Source: Bacteroidales bacterium (GTDB lineage: Bacteria > Bacteroidota > Bacteroidia > Bacteroidales > UBA932). Taken from it: a DNA stretch of 64,000 nt. Positions within the stretch are counted from its first letter, which is position 1. The number at the start of each line of letters is the position of its first letter. The stretch spans positions 1,218-65,217 of the forward strand of contig JAFXFS010000014.1 in the NCBI GenBank assembly GCA_017513445.1, written 5' to 3'. The notes beneath the pieces are model-generated. The model worked only from the letters and a program-made list of their open reading frames with translations. It was not told the origin of the DNA and made no database searches. Below, one piece after another: positions 57,558 to 64,000 of the stretch. The position numbers were made by a program, and so were the translations under genes.

Positions 57558-57628
57558 AGGGACATAGTTCAAGGGTAGAATAGCGGTCTCCAAAACCGTT
57601 GATGGGCGTTCGAATCGCTCTGTCCCTG
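57558..57628 (+). tRNA. tRNA-Trp (anticodon CCA)
   Basis: Acceptor AGGGACA/TGTCCCT, anticodon loop CTCCAAA, T-loop TTCGAAT. Confidence 0.9.
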
Positions 57629-57635
57629 CAAATTA

Positions 57636-57665
57636 ATATCAATTGTTACGAGTTGATATTTTTTA
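57636..57665 (+). terminator. rho-independent terminator after tRNA-Trp
   Basis: ATATCAA-10 nt-TTGATAT stem followed by a T-run. Confidence 0.5.
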
Positions 57666-57715
57666 ATCAGGTGCTTTAGAAAGCTTCCATTCTATCGTAC
57701 CATAAATTAATTAAA

Positions 57716-57904
57716 ATGAGCAAATTTACTTCTTACATTAAAGATTCGTATAACGAATTAACACAGAAGGTTACATGGCCAAGCTGGAGCAAACTCCAAA
57801 GTTCAGCTCTATTGGTAATGATAGTTACCGTAATATTTGCTGTGATTATTTTCCTTATGGATTTTGCTTTCAGAAATATTTTGGAAGGCATTTATAGTTT
57901 GTAG
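57716..57904 (+). CDS. secE: preprotein translocase subunit SecE
   Basis: 62 aa with a single C-terminal TM, in the conserved position before nusG. Confidence 0.85.
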   Translation: MSKFTSYIKDSYNELTQKVTWPSWSKLQSSALLVMIVTVIFAVIIFLMDFAFRNILEGIYSL

Positions 57905-57908
57905 TCTT

Positions 57909-58469
57909 ATGAGTGAAATTACCAAAAAATGGTATGTAGTTCGCGCAGCGGGCGGCAAAGAGAAGAAAGCGAAAGAATACATTGAGAAGGAGATCGAAGC
58001 TCTCGGTCTTACTGATTATGTATCTCAAGTCCTTATTCCTACAGAAAAGGTATTCGTATTTAAAAACGGAAAGAAAATTGCTTCGGAACGTATTTACTAT
58101 CCGGGCTATATTCTTGTTGAAGCACACCTAACTGGTGAGATTCAACATATAATCCGTAATTTGCCATTCGTTTCGGGATTTCTATCAGAACGTTCTACAA
58201 ATGGAAAGGATAAAGAGCCTGTTCCATTGAGAGAATCTGAGGTTAATCGCATTCTAGGTCGTGTAGATGAATTAGCTACTGATGACCCAGAGACTATCAC
58301 TCCATTCGTTGTTGGTGAGGCTGTCAAGATTATTGATGGTCCTTTCAATGGTTTTGAAGGTAACATTGAAGAAATTCTTGAAGACAAGAAGAAAATCAAA
58401 GTTATGGTTAAGATCTTTGGAAGAAAGAATCTCATGGAATTAAACTTTGCTCAAGTAACCAAAGAATAA
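57909..58469 (+). CDS. nusG: transcription termination/antitermination factor NusG
   Basis: The track ORF starts at 57864, inside secE. The conserved N-terminus MSEITKKWYVVRA begins at the ATG at 57909. A KOW motif lies near the C-terminus. Confidence 0.9.
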   Translation: MSEITKKWYVVRAAGGKEKKAKEYIEKEIEALGLTDYVSQVLIPTEKVFVFKNGKKIASERIYYPGYILVEAHLTGEIQHIIRNLPFVSGFLSERSTNGKDKEPVPLRESEVNRILGRVDELATDDPETITPFVVGEAVKIIDGPFNGFEGNIEEILEDKKKIKVMVKIFGRKNLMELNFAQVTKE

Positions 58470-58480
58470 ATTAATACATT

Positions 58481-58927
58481 ATGGCTAAAGAAATTGCCGC
58501 ACTTATTAAACTGCAGATTAAAGGCGGAGCCGCAAATCCATCACCTCCAGTAGGACCAGCACTTGGTTCTAAGGGCGTGAATATTATGGATTTCTGTAAA
58601 CAATTCAATGCTCGCACACAAGACAAAGCGGGTAAAGTATTGCCTGTAATTATTACTGTATTCAGCGACAAATCATTTACATTTATCGTAAAACAACCAC
58701 CTGTAGCTGTACAGATTAAAGAGGCTGCTAAAATTCAAAGCGGTTCTGCTGAACCTAATAGAAAGAAAGTAGCATCTATTACATGGGAACAAGTTCGTGC
58801 TATCGCTCAAGATAAAATGCCTGATATGAATGCATTTACCTTGAAGTCAGCAATGACAATGGTAGCAGGTACTGCTCGCAGTATGGGTGTTAAAGTTGAG
58901 GGTGAATTCCCTGCTGATGTAAACTAA
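58481..58927 (+). CDS. rplK: 50S ribosomal protein L11
   Basis: 148 aa, [29 protein letters not shown]... Confidence 0.95.
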   Translation: MAKEIAALIKLQIKGGAANPSPPVGPALGSKGVNIMDFCKQFNARTQDKAGKVLPVIITVFSDKSFTFIVKQPPVAVQIKEAAKIQSGSAEPNRKKVASITWEQVRAIAQDKMPDMNAFTLKSAMTMVAGTARSMGVKVEGEFPADVN

Positions 58928-58943
58928 AATCAAATCACACGCA

Positions 58944-59645
58944 ATGAGTAAATTAACTAAAAATCAAAAAGTAGCTGCGGCTAAATATGATTCAAGCAAG
59001 CAGTATAAGCTTTCTGAAGCGTGCAAAATTGTAAAAGAGATCACTTTTACAAAGTTTGATGCATCAGTAGAGATTTCTGTTCGCCTTGGCGTCGATCCTC
59101 GTAAAGCGAACCAAATGGTACGTGGCGTTGTGACTCTTCCTCACGGAACAGGTAAAGTAACTCGCGTATTGGTTCTATGTACTCCAGACAAAGAAACAGA
59201 AGCTAAAGAAGCTGGTGCTGACTTTGTAGGATTGGATGAATATATTGAAAAAATCAAAGGTGGCTGGACTGATGTAGATGTTATCATCTGTACTCCATCA
59301 GTTATGGCTAAAGTTGGTGCTATTGGTCGTATCCTAGGTCCAAGAGGTCTTATGCCAAACCCTAAGACTGGTACTGTAACTATGGATATCGCAAACGCTG
59401 TCAAAGAGGTTAAAGCCGGTAAAATCGACTTTAAAGTTGACAAGCAAGGTATTGTTCACGCAGCAATTGGAAAAGTATCTTTCGATGCTAGTAAAATCCA
59501 AGACAACGCTAATGAAATTATCAATACTATTTTGAAATTGAAACCACAAGCATTGAAAGGAACTTATGTTAAGAGCATTTTCTTGTCTTCTACTATGAGT
59601 TCAGGTATCAATGTAGATGTTAAATCAATAGGCAGCGCCGAATAA
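58944..59645 (+). CDS. rplA: 50S ribosomal protein L1
   Basis: 233 aa with [13 protein letters not shown] and [15 protein letters not shown]. Confidence 0.95.
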   Translation: MSKLTKNQKVAAAKYDSSKQYKLSEACKIVKEITFTKFDASVEISVRLGVDPRKANQMVRGVVTLPHGTGKVTRVLVLCTPDKETEAKEAGADFVGLDEYIEKIKGGWTDVDVIICTPSVMAKVGAIGRILGPRGLMPNPKTGTVTMDIANAVKEVKAGKIDFKVDKQGIVHAAIGKVSFDASKIQDNANEIINTILKLKPQALKGTYVKSIFLSSTMSSGINVDVKSIGSAE

Positions 59646-59656
59646 TTATTTAGATT

Positions 59657-60181
59657 ATGAATAAAGAATTAAAAGCAAAAGTTATTTCTGATTTGGCTGC
59701 TAAATGGGAAGCTATTCCTAACTTCTACGTGACCGATATTTCAGGTCTAAACGCAGAAGACACTACAAAGCTACGTCGTGCTTGTTTTGAGAAAGAAATC
59801 GAATTGGTAGTTGTTAAAAATACTCTTTTCTCAAAAGTATTAAAAGACAGCAACAATCCTGAGGCAGCTCAATTGGTGGACGTTTTGAAAGGTTCTTCAG
59901 CAATTATGTTCTCAAACACTCCAAATGCTCCTGCTAAGCTTATTAAAGAGCTAGGATCAACAATGGGTAAACCTGAGTTGAAAGGTGCTTTGGTTCAAGA
60001 TTGCGCTTATGTAGGTGCAGAAAACCTTGAAACACTTGTTAACATCAAATCACGTGAAGAACTTATCGGTGACATTATCGGATTGCTTCAATCTCCAGCT
60101 CGTAACGTTATTTCAGCATTGGAATCAGCTGGCGGTAAATTAGCAGGCATCGTTAAGACTTTGTCAGAAAAAGAAAACTAA
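59657..60181 (+). CDS. rplJ: 50S ribosomal protein L10
   Basis: 174 aa, in the conserved position between rplA and rplL. Confidence 0.9.
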   Translation: MNKELKAKVISDLAAKWEAIPNFYVTDISGLNAEDTTKLRRACFEKEIELVVVKNTLFSKVLKDSNNPEAAQLVDVLKGSSAIMFSNTPNAPAKLIKELGSTMGKPELKGALVQDCAYVGAENLETLVNIKSREELIGDIIGLLQSPARNVISALESAGGKLAGIVKTLSEKEN

Positions 60182-60215
60182 AAAGAATTATTAAACAATT
60201 AAATATTTTAAAACC

Positions 60216-60596
60216 ATGGCAGATATTAAACAATTTGCAGAACAATTAGTAAACCTAACTGTTAAAGAAGTTCAAGAATTGGCTCAAATCCTTAAAGAAG
60301 AATACGGAATTGAACCTGCAGCTGCTGCTGTTGCAGTTGCTGCTCCAGCAGCTGGCGCTGCTGCTGCTGCTGAAGCTGAACAAACACAATTTGACGTTAT
60401 CCTTAAGTCAGCTGGTCAAGCTAAATTACAAATCGTTAAGGCTGTAAAAGAACTTACAGGACTAGGACTTAAAGAAGCTAAAGACCTTGTAGACAAAGCT
60501 CCAGATGCTGTTATCAAAGAGAAAGTATCTAAAGCTGAAGCTGAACAAGTTAAAGCATCAATCGAAGAAGCAGGCGGAGAAGTTGAAATTAAATAA
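60216..60596 (+). CDS. rplL: 50S ribosomal protein L7/L12
   Basis: 126 aa. Ala-rich hinge and a C-terminal domain ([24 protein letters not shown]). Confidence 0.95.
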   Translation: MADIKQFAEQLVNLTVKEVQELAQILKEEYGIEPAAAAVAVAAPAAGAAAAAEAEQTQFDVILKSAGQAKLQIVKAVKELTGLGLKEAKDLVDKAPDAVIKEKVSKAEAEQVKASIEEAGGEVEIK

Positions 60597-60633
60597 ACCA
60601 CTCCCCTTCCCGATATGGGAATAACAATCTCGG

Positions 60634-60676
60634 GTTTAGAGCCTTAAATCGGCTCTAAACCTTTTTGTCGTTTTTT
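60634..60676 (+). terminator. rplL-rpoB intergenic attenuator/terminator hairpin
   Basis: GTTTAGAGCC-ttaaatc-GGCTCTAAAC (10 bp perfect), followed by CTTTTTGTCGTTTTTT. Confidence 0.6.
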
Positions 60677-60705
60677 AAGTTTATTTTCAACTAAGGCCAA
60701 AAAAA

Positions 60706-63700
60706 ATGTCGCAAAAATCTAATAATCAGCGAATTACATTCGCGAGTAGCAAATCACTTCTTGATTATCCCGATTTTCTATCAATCCAATTGAAATCTTT
60801 CTATGATTTCTTCCAAATGGAGACAACTGCAGAAAATCGCAAGAATGAGGGATTGTACAAAGTCTTTCAAGAGATTTTCCCTATTACAGATACTCGCAAC
60901 AATTTTAATTTAGAATTTATTGACTACTTTGTTGATCCTCCACGTTACACTATCGACGAATGTCTTGATAGAGGATTGACTTATAGCGTGCCATTGAAGG
61001 CAAAACTGAAACTTTCTTGTTCTGATACTGAACACACTGACTTTGAAACTAAGACTCAAGATGTATTCTTAGGAAACATCCCTTATATGACTCCAAGAGG
61101 AACCTTCGTTATCAATGGTTCTGAAAGAATTGTAGTTTCACAACTTCACCGTTCTCCTGGTGTATTCTTCGGTCAAAGTCTTCACGCTAACGGCACAAAA
61201 CTATACTCTGCTCGTATTATTCCTTTCAAGGGTTCTTGGATCGAATTTGCTACTGACATCAACAATGTTATGTATGCATACATCGACAGAAAGAAGAAAT
61301 TACCTGTAACAACACTACTACGTGTAATCGGTTTTGAGAGTGATAAGGATATCCTTGATATCTTCGGACTTGCAAATGAGGTAGAGGTTACAAGAGAAAA
61401 TTTAGAGAAAAATATTGGAGCTAAATTAGCTGCAAAAGTACTTAAAACTTGGGTTGAAGATTTCGTTGACGAAGATACAGGAGAGGTTGTATCACTTGAA
61501 AGAAACGAAGTTATTATTGATAGAGAAACAATCCTTGAAGAGTACCATATTGATGATATTATCGATTGTGGAATTAAGTCTATCCTTGTTCATAAGGAAG
61601 ATGCAAATTCTAACGATTTCGCTATTATATATAACACTTTGCAAAAGGATAGCACTAACTCTGAAAAAGAGGCTATCTCATACACTTACAGACAATTACG
61701 TAACTCTGAACCACCTGATGAAGAGACAGCTCGCGATGTAATTGACAAACTATTCTTCTCAGATAAGAGATACGATTTGGGTGAAGTAGGTCGTTATCGT
61801 TTGAATAAAAAACTAAACCTTACTACACCACTTGAAACCAGAGTTCTTACTAAGGGTGACATCATCGAAATTATTCGTTATTTGATTCAACTTATCAACT
61901 CGAAAGCAATCGTTGATGATATTGACCACCTAAGTAACAGACGTATCAGAACTGTAGGTGAACAATTAGCAAACCAATTCAATGTAGGTCTTTCTCGTAT
62001 GGCTCGTACTATCCGTGAAAGAATGAATGTTCGTGATAATGAGGTATTTACACCTGTTGATCTAATCAACGCTAAGACTTTGTCATCAGTAATTAACTCA
62101 TTCTTCGGAACAAGCCAATTGTCTCAATTTATGGATCAAACCAACCCTCTTGCAGAGATGACTCACAAACGTCGTCTATCAGCTTTAGGTCCTGGTGGTC
62201 TTTCAAGAGATAGAGCAGGTTTCGAGGTTCGTGACGTTCACTACACACACTATGGCCGTCTTTGCCCTATTGAGACTCCAGAAGGTCCAAACATCGGTCT
62301 TATCTCATCACTTTGCGTATATGCACATATCAACGAACTAGGTTTCATTGAAACTCCTTATAGAAAAGTTGAAAATGGTGTTGTAGATTTAAGCAACAAG
62401 GGTTGCATCTATATGAGTGCAGAGGAAGAGGAGAATAAGATGGTAGCTCAGGCAACTGCTAAACTTGACGAAAATGGTTTGATTCTTGATGAAAGAGTTA
62501 AATGTCGTCTTGAGGCAGACTTCCCTGTAGTTTCACGTGATAAAGTTGATTTGATGGACGTTGCTCCTAACCAAATTGCTTCTATCGCTGCATCACTTAT
62601 TCCATTCTTGGAGCACGACGATGCTAACCGTGCATTGATGGGATCAAATATGATGCGTCAAGCAGTTCCACTTATCAGACCAGAAGCTCCAATCGTAGGA
62701 ACAGGTCTTGAAGGTCCGGTTATCAGAGACTCAAGAACTCAGATTGTAGCTGAGAAGAAGGGTGAAGTGGTTTATGTTGATGCAAGAGAGATTCACATTA
62801 AATATGAACAGACTGAAAATGAGAAATTCGTAAGTTTCTCTCCTGAGGTAACTGTTTATAAATTAGCACAATACAGAAAAACAAACCAAAGCACATCTAT
62901 CCAACTTAAACCAATCGTAAGAAAAGGCGATAAAGTTGTTAAAGGTCAAATTCTAACTGAGGGTTATGCAACTCAAAATGGAGAATTGGCATTGGGTAGA
63001 AACCTTAAAGTTGCATTTATGCCTTGGAAAGGTTACAACTTCGAGGATGCTATTGTTCTTTCTGAAAGAATTCTTCGTGAAGATATCTTTACATCTATTC
63101 ACGTTGATGAATATATTATGGAGGTGCGCGACACTAAACGCGGTATGGAAGAGTTAACATCTGACATTCCAAATGTTAGTGAAGAGGCAACTGCAAATCT
63201 TGACGAAAATGGTATCATCCGCGTTGGTGCAAATGTTGAACCAGGTGATATCCTTATCGGTAAGATTACTCCTAAAGGAGAGAGCGATCCATCTCCAGAA
63301 GAGAAACTTCTTAGAGCAATCTTTGGTGATAAAGCTGGTGATGTAAGAGATGCTTCATTGAAAGCAACTCCATCATTGTCTGGTACTATCATTGAAACTC
63401 GTCTATTCTCGAGAGTTATCAAAGAAAACGACAAGAAGGCAAAAGCTGCCAGCAAGGCTCAAATTCAAGCAGTTGAAGATGAATTTAACAGAAAAGCTGG
63501 TGTGCTATTTGAACAATTTATTGAAAAGCTTTGCACTCTTGCTGAAGGCAAAATCAGTGCAGGTGTAAGCGACCTTTATGGTGTTGAAGTTATTAAGAAA
63601 GGTGAACCTATCAAACGTGAAGTTTTGGAATACCTTAACTATGAAGATATCAATACCGTTAAGTGGACAACTGATAAGAATGCAAACCTTCTTATCAGAG

Positions 63701-64000
63701 ATTTGATTAACAACTACTTAATCGCTTACAAAGAGCTTGACGCAGTTCTTAAACGTAAAAAATACTCTTTAACAATTGGTGATGAACTTCCAACAGGAAT
63801 TATGAAACTTGCCAAGGTCTATGTCGCTAAGAAGAGAAAGATCAGAGTTGGTGACAAGATGGCGGGTCGTCACGGTAACAAAGGTATTGTTGCTAAAGTT
63901 GTTAGAGATGCAGATATGCCATTCCTTGAGGATGGTACTCCTGTAGATATCGTACTTAACCCACTTGGTGTGCCTTCTCGTATGAACCTTGGACAGATTT
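60706..64000 (+). CDS. rpoB: DNA-directed RNA polymerase subunit beta (C-terminal part beyond the window)
   Basis: Not in the ORF track because it has no in-window stop. From the ATG at 60706 it reads [32 protein letters not shown]...[24 protein letters not shown]... Confidence 0.95.
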   Translation, partial: MSQKSNNQRITFASSKSLLDYPDFLSIQLKSFYDFFQMETTAENRKNEGLYKVFQEIFPITDTRNNFNLEFIDYFVDPPRYTIDECLDRGLTYSVPLKAKLKLSCSDTEHTDFETKTQDVFLGNIPYMTPRGTFVINGSERIVVSQLHRSPGVFFGQSLHANGTKLYSARIIPFKGSWIEFATDINNVMYAYIDRKKKLPVTTLLRVIGFESDKDILDIFGLANEVEVTRENLEKNIGAKLAAKVLKTWVEDFVDEDTGEVVSLERNEVIIDRETILEEYHIDDIIDCGIKSILVHKEDANSNDFAIIYNTLQKDSTNSEKEAISYTYRQLRNSEPPDEETARDVIDKLFFSDKRYDLGEVGRYRLNKKLNLTTPLETRVLTKGDIIEIIRYLIQLINSKAIVDDIDHLSNRRIRTVGEQLANQFNVGLSRMARTIRERMNVRDNEVFTPVDLINAKTLSSVINSFFGTSQLSQFMDQTNPLAEMTHKRRLSALGPGGLSRDRAGFEVRDVHYTHYGRLCPIETPEGPNIGLISSLCVYAHINELGFIETPYRKVENGVVDLSNKGCIYMSAEEEENKMVAQATAKLDENGLILDERVKCRLEADFPVVSRDKVDLMDVAPNQIASIAASLIPFLEHDDANRALMGSNMMRQAVPLIRPEAPIVGTGLEGPVIRDSRTQIVAEKKGEVVYVDAREIHIKYEQTENEKFVSFSPEVTVYKLAQYRKTNQSTSIQLKPIVRKGDKVVKGQILTEGYATQNGELALGRNLKVAFMPWKGYNFEDAIVLSERILREDIFTSIHVDEYIMEVRDTKRGMEELTSDIPNVSEEATANLDENGIIRVGANVEPGDILIGKITPKGESDPSPEEKLLRAIFGDKAGDVRDASLKATPSLSGTIIETRLFSRVIKENDKKAKAASKAQIQAVEDEFNRKAGVLFEQFIEKLCTLAEGKISAGVSDLYGVEVIKKGEPIKREVLEYLNYEDINTVKWTTDKNANLLIRDLINNYLIAYKELDAVLKRKKYSLTIGDELPTGIMKLAKVYVAKKRKIRVGDKMAGRHGNKGIVAKVVRDADMPFLEDGTPVDIVLNPLGVPSRMNLGQI

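Noticed and set aside
59646-59656. L10 (rplJ) leader expected from the E. coli paradigm
   Set aside because: The rplA-rplJ spacer is only 11 nt, and the nusG-rplK and rplK-rplA spacers are 11 and 16 nt. No leader structure fits here, so any autoregulation must use other sites.
1-64000. Mobile elements, prophage, defence islands, toxin-antitoxin pairs and rRNA genes
   Set aside because: I found no integrase, transposase, recombinase, restriction, Cas or TA-like ORFs. I found no tRNA-adjacent direct repeats suggestive of integration and no rRNA-like sequence. The window is core genome throughout.

Overview
This is an AT-rich, gene-dense chromosomal segment that looks like a Bacteroidota (Bacteroidales-like) genome. 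Four things point that way. TAnnTTTG -7 promoter boxes precede many transcription units. There are essentially no Shine-Dalgarno sequences. The window carries a MoxR-DUF58-BatABCDE locus, an OMP_b-brl_3-type outer-membrane barrel and ExbB-ExbD-TonB. It also has the conserved block tRNA(Thr-Tyr-Gly-Thr)-tuf-tRNA(Trp)-secE-nusG-rplK-rplA-rplJ-rplL-rpoB. I call 56 protein-coding genes, 5 tRNAs, several intrinsic terminators and a set of promoter boxes. Three genes are missing from the ORF track: prmA and rpoB, which are cut by the window edges, and the 50-aa rpmH. Content is mostly housekeeping: translation, replication/repair, and shikimate, purine and isoprenoid steps. I found no rRNA, CRISPR, transposase, integrase, phage or recognisable defence genes, so I see no clear brand-new system. 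The least-understood and most unusual items are: (1) the 8.3-kb Bat/MoxR operon, whose last ORF looks like an end-to-end BatD-BatE fusion; (2) a GC-enriched nested direct/inverted repeat block between rluD and the OMP gene; (3) a glpD-glpT-secreted metallophosphoesterase cluster, a possible GlpQ replacement; (4) an ATPase homologue with both Walker motifs destroyed, sitting in a string with rfbA and a metallophosphoesterase/beta-propeller fusion; (5) a stand-alone membrane-anchored triple-PASTA protein. All product calls rest on motif recognition by eye. No database search, folding or statistics could be run.
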